This document shows positions 19,159 to 29,681 of a DNA stretch of 64,000 nucleotides, piece after piece. Under the pieces are notes generated by a model. It did no database searches. It worked only from the letters and a program-made list of their open reading frames with translations, and had not been told where the DNA came from. The stretch spans positions 3,054-67,053 of the forward strand of contig CAZWYM010000006.1 in assembly GCA_964638425.1 (NCBI GenBank), given 5' to 3'. The translations under genes and the position numbers were made by a program. The DNA is from an uncultured Candidatus Saccharibacteria bacterium. Lineage in GTDB: Bacteria > Patescibacteriota > Minisyncoccia > Phycocordibacterales > UBA918. Position 1 is the stretch's first letter. Each line of letters opens with the position of its first letter.

Positions 19159-20964
19159 TTATGGTGCAATTTTTGAAAATTGATAAATGCTCCCCGATGG
19201 AAATTCAGCAACTTTCTTGAAAAATCCAGATTTTTCAATGCGTCTCATCACCTCATCATGCTGTACATATTCTGGACTGAGGAGTATGTAGTCTATTTCG
19301 TATCGTGTGAGATTTTCTTCAAGAGGTCGAGCGCTGATATTAAACCAGCGCATATACATATACTCAAACTGGCTCTTTGGAATCATTTCACCTTCCTTGT
19401 ACGGGGTTCGTGTCAAAAATGACTGTATCTTTTTTCTGTTTTCACTTGATTGATACGTATCAATATATCTATTCCCCCAGAATTCTCTCTGGGCTTCTCG
19501 TATTGTCGTCACATCCATAAGTGGGTCAAAGAGGTGTTGTATGAGCCAACGCTCTTCAGTCTCCTTGTGTGACGCTGGATAGAGAGCTGCGTAAAAATTA
19601 AAGTACACATTATTTTTGGTGTACACAGGGATGAGGTAATCGTAACCACCCCCCAAAGCATACACAACCGAATCTCTCTCAGTGTTGGTATTGAGCCAAT
19701 CAAAGACATCCATCTTACTCTGTTCTTCACGTAACATTGCTTCTGAGTATGGCATCTCAAATACATGCATAAACTCTCGCTTCTGACGGAAGCCAACAAA
19801 GCAGAGAAACAGTATTAGCCCACATACAATCGTGTACTTAAACCACTTTGACACAAAGTCACCTTTTGATATGAGTTCCGAATGAATACGTGCAAGAACA
19901 AGAAGTGAAAGAAGAATGGTAACGAGAAGGTAGTGACTTGAAAATTGGAGTGATGTACCCGTAATTATATTTTGCCAATTAAGCGCAAAGATGGTCAGCA
20001 CACTTGCAAGTGTATACGCCAACGAACGCGCCGAAAGAAAACGAACACAGAGCATGACAAGACCGAAAACCATTCCGCCTATCATCATATTCGTAAAGCT
20101 TCCAGGTATATGGGTATGCATCAATCCATATCGAGACATCGTTTCGTCATAAAATGGAAGATGCGACGCTCGTATTTGGAAATACGCATAGAGTGACGCG
20201 AGTGGAAGAAATCCAGCAAGAAACCATGGGATATTTTTTGCGAATGGTCTATGACTCTTTTCTACAAATGACTGTACGGTGAATACAGCACCCATAAAAG
20301 CAAGAAGTGCGGTGAAGTAGTATGGCGAAATGAAGCACGTAATTCCGGCAACAAGCCCTGCACTATATTTTAATTTCCACGAAACCTCTCCCTCGGTAAC
20401 GTATATTTTTGTAATCGTAATGAGCCCAAAGAAGAGGAAGAGCGTATTGATCTGAGGACTAATTGGTCGCCCAAACGTGGAGAGAAATGCAATGAAAAAT
20501 AGTACCGTATAAAGAAGTGCAATCCTTTTTCCTTTAGTGAGGACAAGGAAAAGAGCATACACCAACATAAAATTAGTGACCCCGAGTACAAAATCCCCTG
20601 CACTCGTGATGAATGGAACACTCATTCCTGTAAAGGTAGCTACTCCTGCCACAGCCCACTCTGCAAGTGGAGGCATGATGAACGGGTCGTTCTTATGTTC
20701 TTTGATGTATGGATTCCCGAGGGAGAGGTTTCCTTCGGCGACCTCCTTGATGCGCGCCTGATACGTAATTTCGTCATCACTGAAAATTGGGTACACACCC
20801 CTAAAGTTGTCTGAACCAACAATACTCCGCGCACGGATGTGTGGGGACATAATAAGAAGCGCCATCACAAACGCTACGATAAGTACCGCCCTGTTCTCCT
20901 TTATCCATCGTGCAACCGTATCTAAAAAATGGATTGTATTACTTTTTACTAAATTGATTTCCAT
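19159..20964 (-). CDS. Large polytopic membrane protein, unassigned family (candidate GT-C-type glycosyltransferase/polymerase)
   Basis: 601 aa, >=12 TM helices, C-terminal soluble ~200 aa; no recognisable catalytic motif by eye. Confidence 0.35.
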   Translation of the reverse strand: MEINLVKSNTIHFLDTVARWIKENRAVLIVAFVMALLIMSPHIRARSIVGSDNFRGVYPIFSDDEITYQARIKEVAEGNLSLGNPYIKEHKNDPFIMPPLAEWAVAGVATFTGMSVPFITSAGDFVLGVTNFMLVYALFLVLTKGKRIALLYTVLFFIAFLSTFGRPISPQINTLFLFFGLITITKIYVTEGEVSWKLKYSAGLVAGITCFISPYYFTALLAFMGAVFTVQSFVEKSHRPFAKNIPWFLAGFLPLASLYAYFQIRASHLPFYDETMSRYGLMHTHIPGSFTNMMIGGMVFGLVMLCVRFLSARSLAYTLASVLTIFALNWQNIITGTSLQFSSHYLLVTILLSLLVLARIHSELISKGDFVSKWFKYTIVCGLILFLCFVGFRQKREFMHVFEMPYSEAMLREEQSKMDVFDWLNTNTERDSVVYALGGGYDYLIPVYTKNNVYFNFYAALYPASHKETEERWLIQHLFDPLMDVTTIREAQREFWGNRYIDTYQSSENRKKIQSFLTRTPYKEGEMIPKSQFEYMYMRWFNISARPLEENLTRYEIDYILLSPEYVQHDEVMRRIEKSGFFKKVAEFPSGSIYQFSKIAP

Positions 20965-20976
20965 ATATGCGAAATA

Positions 20977-21363
20977 TCACACAAAAATAACGAACCGATG
21001 CATAGTAAAAGTAAATATTGCGAGGAGTCCAACAATAAGTGCTTGTGCGTATAGATACGGAACACCAAGATATGTTACGAGTGTGTACATACCCACAGTA
21101 TTGAGTGCGAGACAGAAAAATCCAAGAAGAACGTATTTCACGAATTGAGACTTGATTACATCTTTCTCCATATGCTTATGCACAAAAAATTTCTGCAACG
21201 TAAAATTAACAACAATCGCAATGCTGTATGAGAGTACTGACGCTATGAGATACCACATCCCGAAAATATCGGTAAGGACAAATACAAGACAGAGGTGTAA
21301 AACAGCAACAGAGAGTCCTACCGTGCCAAACCGAATAATTTCAAAAAAGGTAGCTCGGTTCAT
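20977..21363 (-). CDS. GtrA family membrane protein (second copy)
   Basis: 128 aa, 4 TM, IIRFGTVGLSVAVLHLCLVFVL...VNFTLQKFFVH. Confidence 0.7.
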   Translation of the reverse strand: MNRATFFEIIRFGTVGLSVAVLHLCLVFVLTDIFGMWYLIASVLSYSIAIVVNFTLQKFFVHKHMEKDVIKSQFVKYVLLGFFCLALNTVGMYTLVTYLGVPYLYAQALIVGLLAIFTFTMHRFVIFV

Positions 21364-21376
21364 ATATTCTCTCTAT

Positions 21377-22144
21377 TTAGATTTTTGTCCCCGTTAAAAT
21401 CCATCCTGAATTATTCTTTGGTGCGGTGACGGTAACGTCATGGAGTGGAAGATTTTTTACAAGGGCTCCTACCTCGCCTTTCTTCCAGTAATGCGCAATA
21501 TCTGGAATGAGCTGATCAAACACAATGCTGTGTACATGCCAGAAATTAAATGTCGATAGTTGTTTCAAGTATTCACTTGGGCCCTTTCGCGCTTTTACAT
21601 AGAGGTAGAGTGGCACCGAGCAGAAATATGCAAGGAAATGCACGAGACCCACAGGGAGCTTTGAAGTGATGTGAATACGCACCGGGTCGACATACCGAAC
21701 AATCCATTCATTACCTTCGTACCCGTATACCCAAATGAGGAGCTTCCCTCCCGGCTTGAGTGCACGCGTCATATTTTCTAGTGCGCGCTCAGGGTCTTTC
21801 AAATGGTGAATAACTCCAATAGAAAAGGCAACATCAAATTCATTTTCCCAGGTGATGTCATAGATACTCTTGAAATAAACCTGCGCACTTGGATACCCCA
21901 TGAGTGTTTGCTTCGCTCGTTCAACTGAACGTTCATCAAAATCAAATGCAGTAACTGACTCAGCGCCGAAGGTCATTGGCCAGAGGCTGTTACGCCCCAT
22001 ACCACACCCCGCATCGAGCACCTTCTTCCCTACCCAATCAGAAGAACTCATTGAACCCGTCCAATTGAGAAACTGGTCTTTGTAATCCTCGGTAACCCAC
22101 GAATAGGTATCCCACTCATATCCAAATCGATTCTGTGATGACAT
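21377..22144 (-). CDS. Class I SAM-dependent methyltransferase
   Basis: VLDAGCGMGRN motif I, GVIHHLKDPE, LKPGGKLLIWVY. Confidence 0.7.
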   Translation of the reverse strand: MSSQNRFGYEWDTYSWVTEDYKDQFLNWTGSMSSSDWVGKKVLDAGCGMGRNSLWPMTFGAESVTAFDFDERSVERAKQTLMGYPSAQVYFKSIYDITWENEFDVAFSIGVIHHLKDPERALENMTRALKPGGKLLIWVYGYEGNEWIVRYVDPVRIHITSKLPVGLVHFLAYFCSVPLYLYVKARKGPSEYLKQLSTFNFWHVHSIVFDQLIPDIAHYWKKGEVGALVKNLPLHDVTVTAPKNNSGWILTGTKI

Positions 22145-22157
22145 AACTAACTACGTA

Positions 22158-22736
22158 TTATTTCTTCTTAAAAACAAATTCAATCTCATCAAATCCTCCA
22201 ACCCAAAAACACCAAATGCGACTCGCAAATGCTGGAGAGAGATTTGCAACCCATGAAATAACTCCACTCACAAAACGGAGAATTGCTATCATCGTACTCC
22301 CGTACCCCATAGACGGTAGTAGGTGCAAAAAAGCGAGCCAGCGCATCTGCATTTTTTCTAGTGTGTATTCAACTCCAAAGAATCCTGACGTGGTGAAATC
22401 TTTTCTGAAATACAGTGGGAATGTAATATCAAAACCATGTGCATGTTCAGCGTGCGTAAACCCGCGACTGAAGTGAGGTACCTTGAGATGCAGTGTTCCT
22501 CCTGGTTTCAAAATACGATGCATCTCTCGCATGACGTCGAATGGCTTATCGAGATGTTCAAGTACGTGGAATGCTTCAATCAAATCGAAAGTATTATCGG
22601 GAAATGCGTACGGGAACTTGTTTAAGTCTTGAACGACATCGGGATTATTGAGTGGTGACCAATCAAGATTGATGTACCCTTCTTTCTTGTGCTCCCCGCA
22701 TCCAAGATTTAATTTTTTAATTTCAGAATTATTCAT
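22158..22736 (-). CDS. SAM-dependent methyltransferase (Methyltransf_11-like)
   Basis: LNLGCGEHKKEGYINLD, FDLIEAFHVLEHL, ILKPGGTLHLKVP. Confidence 0.65.
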   Translation of the reverse strand: MNNSEIKKLNLGCGEHKKEGYINLDWSPLNNPDVVQDLNKFPYAFPDNTFDLIEAFHVLEHLDKPFDVMREMHRILKPGGTLHLKVPHFSRGFTHAEHAHGFDITFPLYFRKDFTTSGFFGVEYTLEKMQMRWLAFLHLLPSMGYGSTMIAILRFVSGVISWVANLSPAFASRIWCFWVGGFDEIEFVFKKK

Positions 22737-24582
22737 GCCATTTTTCCATCCAGAGTGCTAAGACAAATAACGTCCAGAGTTTCTTTCTATTGTCTCGTGT
22801 GCCATTTAGGTGGGACTCCAAGAGTATAGCAAGGCCATCACGCTTGAACAAACCGCTTTTTATAAGACTTCCCTCGAGGAGGGTCTCATGGAAGACGTCC
22901 TTGAGCTCACCTCGAATCCATGCCCCAATAGGGATATTGAACCCCTTCTTCTTCCGAGAAATAATGTGTTGCGGTAGGTACCCCTTCATCATTTCCTTGA
23001 GAATGTACTTTCCTGTTCTTCCGTGGAGTTTGTACTCAGTAGGTAGGGTAAGTGCAAAATTGACGAGGTCAATATCGAGAAACGGCGCCCGTACCTCAAG
23101 TCCGTGTGCCATCCCTGCCCTGTCTGTTTTTACCAAAATATCTTCAGCGAGGTACCCGTCTAGGTATTCCATTTGGAGACCGTCCCAAAAATCAACGTCA
23201 CTTTGGTAACGTGCATCAGTCATTGCAAAAAGCTTTGGCGTATTGAGCTCGTATGTGAGAATGCCGGAGAGCTCGTCAGGAGTAAACGCACTGAGCCAGT
23301 ACGTATTCCGCCGTGCACGGGTTGTCTTAAACCCCGAAAGAAACTTCTTTATTTTAAAATCAAAACTCATGTACTCATGTGACACAGGAAGCATCTCCGC
23401 CATATGAGAAATTCCACTCTGTATGAAGCTCGGTACATGCTCGTATATATCTCCCACCTTATGTGCATAAAACGTATCGTACCCAAAAAAGAGTTCATCA
23501 GCTCCGTCTCCCCCGAGAACGACCTTTACCTCACCGCTCGTGAACGCCGATACGGCGAGTGTGGGAATAATTGAAGAATCTGCCATTGGTTCATCGAGAA
23601 CATTTGGAATATCCTTAACGACCTGCAAGAGGTCTTGCGGACCCACGATGCGCTCATGGTGCTCCGTCCCGAGTGCTTCCGCAACCTCGCGAGCATAGAC
23701 ACTCTCATCAAAACTTTTGTTATCGAATCCAATAGAGAATGTATTCACCTTTCGATTACTCGCCTTCTGTGCAAAATATGCAACAGTACTCGAATCGAGA
23801 CCCCCACTCAAAAAGACTCCCACAGGTACGTCAGCAACCATTCGCTTCTCTACCGCGCGCAAAAGCAACTCATGCAATTCATTTTTTGCATCACTGAAAC
23901 TTCCGCCAAAACTTCCGAGGGTAGATCTCGTCTCGGTAAACTTTGCATGCTTGATTTCCTTTCCATCAAACGTAAGTGACGACCCCGGCTCAAGCTTAAA
24001 AACATTTGTATAAATGGTCGCTGGACTCTGTATGTATTCTCGAACAAGGTACTCTGTAACTGCATCAGTGTTTATTTCTCGAGGGCACTCCGGATGGGCG
24101 CGGAGAGCTTTGAGTTCTGAACCAAAAATAAGTGTCTCGCCATTTAGCGTCCAATAGAGGGGTTTCTTGCCAAGATGATCGCGCGCAAGGAGGAGCGTTC
24201 CCTTCTTCGCGTCATAGAGTGCTATGGCAAACATCCCTTTAATTTTTTTGAGGAATGCTTCACCAAGCTCCTCGTATAGATGGAGAATGACTTCGGTATC
24301 ACTACTCCCCACGAATGTGTACGCACTCAAAAATTCCTTTCTCAATTCTGAGTGGTTGTATATCTCCCCATTAAATACGAGCGCTACATCTCCCCCACCA
24401 TTCGCCATCGGTTGGTGTCCTGCACTTGAAAGGTCGAGGATGGAAAGACGTCGGTGTGCGAGTCCGACAGGACCTACTTCGAAAACACCTCCATCATCTG
24501 GTCCACGGTGTGTGAGCGAGTCCCCCATGCGGGTGAGAACGTCTCGTGTACCAGTCCCCCAATACCCCGCAATCCCACACAT
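22729..24582 (-). CDS. Asparagine synthase (glutamine-hydrolysing) family amidotransferase (AsnB/WbpS-like)
   Basis: MCGIAGYWG Ntn-glutaminase start; SGGLDSS PP-loop; 617 aa. Confidence 0.85.
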   Translation of the reverse strand: MCGIAGYWGTGTRDVLTRMGDSLTHRGPDDGGVFEVGPVGLAHRRLSILDLSSAGHQPMANGGGDVALVFNGEIYNHSELRKEFLSAYTFVGSSDTEVILHLYEELGEAFLKKIKGMFAIALYDAKKGTLLLARDHLGKKPLYWTLNGETLIFGSELKALRAHPECPREINTDAVTEYLVREYIQSPATIYTNVFKLEPGSSLTFDGKEIKHAKFTETRSTLGSFGGSFSDAKNELHELLLRAVEKRMVADVPVGVFLSGGLDSSTVAYFAQKASNRKVNTFSIGFDNKSFDESVYAREVAEALGTEHHERIVGPQDLLQVVKDIPNVLDEPMADSSIIPTLAVSAFTSGEVKVVLGGDGADELFFGYDTFYAHKVGDIYEHVPSFIQSGISHMAEMLPVSHEYMSFDFKIKKFLSGFKTTRARRNTYWLSAFTPDELSGILTYELNTPKLFAMTDARYQSDVDFWDGLQMEYLDGYLAEDILVKTDRAGMAHGLEVRAPFLDIDLVNFALTLPTEYKLHGRTGKYILKEMMKGYLPQHIISRKKKGFNIPIGAWIRGELKDVFHETLLEGSLIKSGLFKRDGLAILLESHLNGTRDNRKKLWTLFVLALWMEKWHE

Positions 24583-24584
24583 AT

Positions 24585-25529
24585 TTATAGATTGATAGTT
24601 TCCTTAATGAGGTACGCCTTCTTCCCTTGTGACTCGTAGTAGGTACGCATAATCATTTCTGCGAGAATACCCATAGTGATGAGTTGTACACCCACAATGA
24701 TGCAGAGTGCAGAGAGTACCGGAAGTGGGGTTTGAATCATTGAGGTGTTATAGAAAACCTTCAATACAACAGCTCCACACCCTGCGAGCACTCCCGCTAA
24801 CCCAAAGAAAAATCCAATGCGACCAAAGAATTGAATTGGTCTGTCCATGTACTTGTATAAAAACTGGAGAACGAGTAAATCGAGCAATACGCGGAGCGTC
24901 CTCGAGAATCCATAATTACTCTTCCCATATTTACGTGGAGCGTAGGACACTTCTATCTCAGTAACACGTGCGCCCATACGTGATGCGTATGCAGGAATAA
25001 ATCGATGCATCTCACCGTAGAGGTTTACTCCCTGAATGACATCGGCGCGATACGCTTTGAGAGTGCACCCATAATCATGAAGCGGTACTCCGGACACATA
25101 CGAAATGAGTTTGTTCGCCATAATCGATGGCAATTTTCGTACGAGTTTTTTATCTGCCCATCTATTTCTTCGCCACCCAGAAACCACATCGAATCCTTCA
25201 TCCATTTTCTTGAGCATTCGTACAATATCCTTCGGGTCGTTTTCCAAATCAGAATCAAGTGGAATGATAATGTCCCCTGTTGCGTGCTCAATACCAGCAT
25301 GGATTGCTGCGGTCTGTCCTGCGTTTACGCGGAAGTGAATAACTTTAATTTTCGGGTTTTTTGAAGCGACAGCATTGAGTTCGCTTGCACTCGTATCTTT
25401 CGAGCCGTCGTTCACCGCAATGACTTCATACTCATACCCGATATCCTGCATTGCTTCCGCAATCCGCACAAAAAGCTCAGGGATACTCTTCCCTTCATTG
25501 TAGATTGGTAGAACGAGTGACAGTTTCAT
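24585..25529 (-). CDS. GT2 glycosyltransferase with C-terminal TM anchor (polyprenyl-phosphate sugar synthase-like)
   Basis: LSLVLPIYNEGKSI..VIAVNDGSKDT..IIPLDSDLENDP, two C-terminal TM helices. Confidence 0.8.
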   Translation of the reverse strand: MKLSLVLPIYNEGKSIPELFVRIAEAMQDIGYEYEVIAVNDGSKDTSASELNAVASKNPKIKVIHFRVNAGQTAAIHAGIEHATGDIIIPLDSDLENDPKDIVRMLKKMDEGFDVVSGWRRNRWADKKLVRKLPSIMANKLISYVSGVPLHDYGCTLKAYRADVIQGVNLYGEMHRFIPAYASRMGARVTEIEVSYAPRKYGKSNYGFSRTLRVLLDLLVLQFLYKYMDRPIQFFGRIGFFFGLAGVLAGCGAVVLKVFYNTSMIQTPLPVLSALCIIVGVQLITMGILAEMIMRTYYESQGKKAYLIKETINL

Positions 25530-25568
25530 ATTGAGAGGATGATACCACTGAATGCAACTTTGTACATT

Positions 25569-26486
25569 TTAAACATTACCCTTCTTTAAGATATCTTTAT
25601 AGATACGATTAATCCCATAAAAATAAAACTTCTCGCGACTTGGCCCAGTGTAATGGCGCATAACCGTATCCTGAGTAATTCCACCCTTAATAAAATACGT
25701 ATCCCTTGGCAAAATCCGTACCGGCTCTAAAACAGTTCCGAAACAGGCTTGATCTGAAAAAATTGATTCTTTACTCAGGTAATCAACACGGGAAATATAC
25801 GTACTCACCTTACCCAGTTCGTAATTATCCCTATGGAATAAAATAATTCCTGAATTGCATTCCGCTGTCTTGTCGTCAGTCTGTGAACCATCTTTGAAGG
25901 TGACATGAATTCTCTCTGGGTGATTCGACATCATGTACGTGTAAGTACGAACATCATTTGTATCGATTGCATCAACAAGTTCCTTAGGATTCTTAAACCA
26001 AAGTAGGTCTGAATCTAAAAAGAGGATAATATCAGCCTTTGCTTCAAAATAGACATCAATTATTTTTTTAGCTTGGAATCCCGTGAATTCACTCCTAAAC
26101 TTCTTTAAGATAGGATACTCTCTAAGCGCATCTCTATGTTCGCTGAAAAAGTTATGGGCATTCACTATTGTGGCACTCGGGAAAAGTCTTTTAAACATCA
26201 CTATTTCAGCCTGAGTGAGAGAGCCGTCGTTATGGAGCGTAAGATGACCTATTGCTTTAGATGAAGCGTAATAGCTTGCAAGTGACCACGCAGCCAATAC
26301 AGCATCCCTATGACACGTAAGCATATGGATAGAAAGATTCGGATGCGTTATGTTGCGCTCAAGTGGTGTCCTCCATTTTGTGATCCTTTGCGCAACAATA
26401 TATCTATAATAGAGATACCTAAAGCCAGCCTTGTATCTAAAAAAGACTTTATACATTATGGCGAGGTTTTTCTTTAGATTTGTCAT
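25569..26486 (-). CDS. Putative GT8-like nucleotide-diphospho-sugar glycosyltransferase
   Basis: DxD-type block ILFLDSDLLW and downstream ECNSGIILFHRD resembling the GT8 NSG(V/I)(M/L)L motif; otherwise weak. Confidence 0.4.
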   Translation of the reverse strand: MTNLKKNLAIMYKVFFRYKAGFRYLYYRYIVAQRITKWRTPLERNITHPNLSIHMLTCHRDAVLAAWSLASYYASSKAIGHLTLHNDGSLTQAEIVMFKRLFPSATIVNAHNFFSEHRDALREYPILKKFRSEFTGFQAKKIIDVYFEAKADIILFLDSDLLWFKNPKELVDAIDTNDVRTYTYMMSNHPERIHVTFKDGSQTDDKTAECNSGIILFHRDNYELGKVSTYISRVDYLSKESIFSDQACFGTVLEPVRILPRDTYFIKGGITQDTVMRHYTGPSREKFYFYGINRIYKDILKKGNV

Positions 26487-26525
26487 ACTAACATTAGATT
26501 ACTAGCATGATAACAAAACGCTCGT

Positions 26526-27296
26526 TCATTTAGTTCCTAAACTATCGCGTATTTTTTCAAAGCAACGTATGCAAACATACTTGATAAAACTAACTGATTT
26601 TGGTTGCTCAAGCTCCCTCGGGACCGCAAGAAAATTGTAAAATGAATTCATTAAATATGGCATACGACACCATCCATGACGACTATCGAATCGGTAAAAG
26701 ATATACTCCGGGAGATGTTTTGATATATCACTCGGCTTCTTGCCTAGTTTTTGTAAGACTCGTGGATTCACTTCAATAATAAAACGTGGTCGTGATTCAT
26801 TAATGATGCGTTTTGCTCCAGCAAGAACTTCTGGCTCCATCCCCTCAACATCAATCTTTATAAAAGATATTTTTTCTGTAATGAGTGTATCGAGTGTCTG
26901 TGGTGATAAATCTCCGTTCTCAAGATAGTGATTACTCCCAGATGACTTTGTACTTCCTTGGGAATATTTTTTTAATGGATCACCCAAAAGTACATTTAAA
27001 GGGGTGGCGTTTCGGACGTTGTTCGCAATAAGATTCTCTTGGAGTAATTGAAACGTTCGAGGAAGAGCCTCTATTGCAATAACTTTTTCCGCTTTTTGAG
27101 CCATTGGGATAGCCCACAAACCAACGTGAGCACCAACGTCAACAATCGTCCCTGATACGTATGGGAAGCATGCTTCAATATCGGCGTACATATATGCACC
27201 ATCTTTCTGTAAGCTCTCCTGCATTCGCGCATCACCCTCAAGAGTGATGATTCCATGTTTCGTTGAATATGTACCCATAAAATAAATATTACCCAA
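26526..27296 (-). CDS. FkbM family methyltransferase
   Basis: IVDVGAHVGLWAIPMA ... FIKIDVEGMEPEVLAGAK is the diagnostic FkbM domain pattern. Confidence 0.7.
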   Translation of the reverse strand: MGNIYFMGTYSTKHGIITLEGDARMQESLQKDGAYMYADIEACFPYVSGTIVDVGAHVGLWAIPMAQKAEKVIAIEALPRTFQLLQENLIANNVRNATPLNVLLGDPLKKYSQGSTKSSGSNHYLENGDLSPQTLDTLITEKISFIKIDVEGMEPEVLAGAKRIINESRPRFIIEVNPRVLQKLGKKPSDISKHLPEYIFYRFDSRHGWCRMPYLMNSFYNFLAVPRELEQPKSVSFIKYVCIRCFEKIRDSLGTK

Positions 27297-28085
27297 TTAC
27301 TTTGTTTTACGAAGAAAGGCACTTCCTGTTTTGTCTGGCATAACCACAATGAATTCTCCACGCTCTAGGCAAAACTCATCGACGGCCTTTTTAACACCAC
27401 TCCAGTGGTTACTAAGATAATCGTGAAGGAAAAATATACCGCCGCGTGGCATACGCTCATAAAAAAAGTTAAGTCCTGCCTTTGTCGGTTCATACAAGTC
27501 ACAATCAAGACTCACTACCGCGTATGTACTATTTTTATGCACCTCTGTCGCAGACTCAGGGAAATATCCTTTTACGAAATGACACTTGTGATAGCTTTCA
27601 CCGAGGACGCCTGCTACCAATTCGACAGAGGTATCTTCAAAAGCTCGGGCTTTATTTGCGTCAACACCTGTTAAATCTTTCGCACTAAAACCTTCATACG
27701 TATCAAAAAGGTATACATTTCTATCAGAGAGCTCCGCATAGTGTTTCAATACAGCGGCAGTATTACCTCTCCAGACGCCCACCTCAGCAAAATCACCCTC
27801 GATACGTTCATTAATAATTTGCTTACAGTTAAATATAAAGCTCCATAAACGAGGTATGTCACCAGGGTTATATGTATTATGTTGCGTAAATTTTTTAAAG
27901 AGTGAATTAAATTCAGGGTGCTTTCCAAAACGAATATGTGAATCTGGTTGCAGCGCAAGGTATATATTAAAAAATCTTGTCCACTTACGACGAACAGGAA
28001 AAGCGAGAGCTTGAGATAATTTTATTAAGAAAATTCTTTTATATTCAGATTTTGGCTTAGTAAAATATTTGCGCAAAGTAAACAT
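27297..28085 (-). CDS. TylF/MycF-type (macrocin O-methyltransferase family) sugar O-methyltransferase
   Basis: GDFAEVGVWRGNTA...LFDTYEGF...VSLDCDLYEPT...GGIFFLHDY pattern of the TylF family. Confidence 0.7.
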   Translation of the reverse strand: MFTLRKYFTKPKSEYKRIFLIKLSQALAFPVRRKWTRFFNIYLALQPDSHIRFGKHPEFNSLFKKFTQHNTYNPGDIPRLWSFIFNCKQIINERIEGDFAEVGVWRGNTAAVLKHYAELSDRNVYLFDTYEGFSAKDLTGVDANKARAFEDTSVELVAGVLGESYHKCHFVKGYFPESATEVHKNSTYAVVSLDCDLYEPTKAGLNFFYERMPRGGIFFLHDYLSNHWSGVKKAVDEFCLERGEFIVVMPDKTGSAFLRKTK

Positions 28086-28230
28086 ATATTTATTTTAGAG
28101 TCATAGAATAATAGTATACTAACTTAAATAAGTCATCTTAAGGTGTCACTTTTTTGATAATAATTCTGTTATACTTGGCAAATAACCCTGTCTAGACTAT
28201 CCCCCCAATACTGATATCTTCTCCTATTTC

Positions 28231-29466
28231 ATGAGCATACTAAAGAAAACGGGTACTTTTTTTCAGGTAGATTTATCATACCTTCTGAGAGGCGGTTTTG
28301 TCCTCGGGATTGGACATGTTACAGGAACACTTCTAGGGTTTTGCCTCTCCCTCATATTTGCGAACTACGTGGATGTTGCCGTCTACGGACAGTACAAATA
28401 CATCGTCTCTATTGCAGGTATCCTTGGTGCGTTTACATTGAGTGGTGTCGGGACAACTATCCTCCAATCAGTTGCAAAAGGATACGACGGAACACTCTTT
28501 GCTGAGCAGAAGTCATATCTTAAGTGGAGTCTCATTTCAGTAGTGCTTTCCTTCTTCGTGGGTGGGTACTACATTTTTAAGGGCGACATGCCCCTTGGAG
28601 CAGGCGTCATCGTGGCGACACTCTGTAGTTACGTTTTTAATTCTCTCACACTCCAAAACCCCTTCCTTAGTGCCAAGAAAGATTTCAAGCGTCTAACCAT
28701 TAACCAAATCCTTAATGCTGGAGCACTCCTCATTATTGTCTCAGGAGCAATATTTTTTGGGTTAAAGAGCGCTCTCTGGATAATTATTACCTACTATGGT
28801 TCACAGATATTTTTCCAGGCACTTACGTATATACACATGCTCCGCGTATACAAGCCAAATGCTAGTGTCGATCCCGAAGATAAACACTTGAGTAAACACC
28901 TCAGTCTCGGCAATATCATCATTTCTATTGCAGAGTACATCGACAAAATTCTTATCTTTCAATTCTTTGGACCAGCGCAGGTTGCGCTCTATGCGTTCTC
29001 TGTAGGTGTTCCTGACCAAATCCGTGGCGTCAATAAAATGCTCGGCACGCTCGTTGTACCAAAATTAAGCATCAAGGATGCTGCAGGTCTTCATACGAGT
29101 ATTTTCGCCCACACACAAAAATATCTCATTGTATCGAGCGCCATAACACTTGCTTTCTATTTCGTTGCCCCGTATTTCTTTGCATTCTTTTTTCCCGCCT
29201 ATGTCGAGGCAGCCGCACTCGCTTCCCTCTATATGCTTCTCCTCCCTATCACCGCAATGTGTACTATGCATGGATATGCAATTCAAATTCGGCGAGACGT
29301 TAAATCGCTCTACATTATTAGGTTTGTTGACTCAATGGGGAAAATTATATTATTTATTATTTTTATTCCATGGCTCGGCGTATTGGGAGCAATCCTTGCA
29401 ATTCTCATTTCAAAGCTAATTACCGCACTCCTACAGATTTATCTCTATCACTATAATTTTAAATAA
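28231..29466 (+). CDS. Oligosaccharide flippase (Wzx/MOP superfamily polysaccharide biosynthesis protein)
   Basis: 411 aa, ~12 TM helices, organisation typical of Wzx-type flippases. Confidence 0.65.
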   Translation: MSILKKTGTFFQVDLSYLLRGGFVLGIGHVTGTLLGFCLSLIFANYVDVAVYGQYKYIVSIAGILGAFTLSGVGTTILQSVAKGYDGTLFAEQKSYLKWSLISVVLSFFVGGYYIFKGDMPLGAGVIVATLCSYVFNSLTLQNPFLSAKKDFKRLTINQILNAGALLIIVSGAIFFGLKSALWIIITYYGSQIFFQALTYIHMLRVYKPNASVDPEDKHLSKHLSLGNIIISIAEYIDKILIFQFFGPAQVALYAFSVGVPDQIRGVNKMLGTLVVPKLSIKDAAGLHTSIFAHTQKYLIVSSAITLAFYFVAPYFFAFFFPAYVEAAALASLYMLLLPITAMCTMHGYAIQIRRDVKSLYIIRFVDSMGKIILFIIFIPWLGVLGAILAILISKLITALLQIYLYHYNFK

Positions 29467-29584
29467 TTCCTAAGTGTAGTAGTCTCTTCCGGTAATTGTG
29501 GGGAGGGTGAGTATAGTTTAATTAATGTGGTTTAGTTTTACGTGCAGTGTACTCGGTATATTTTAGGCAAGATTTATTAATACA

Positions 29585-29616
29585 AAAACACCACTTCGTA
29601 CGAAGTGGTGTTTTTG
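29585..29616. terminator. Bidirectional intrinsic terminator between convergent wzx-like and kdsA-like genes
   Basis: aaaaacaccacttcg ta cgaagtggtgttttt perfect inverted repeat with A-run/T-run flanks. Confidence 0.5.
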
Positions 29617-29681
29617 TATTTGCTTGTGATTGTATCCGTACCTGGAAAGCGACATCATTCCAACACAATTTTTAACAATCC

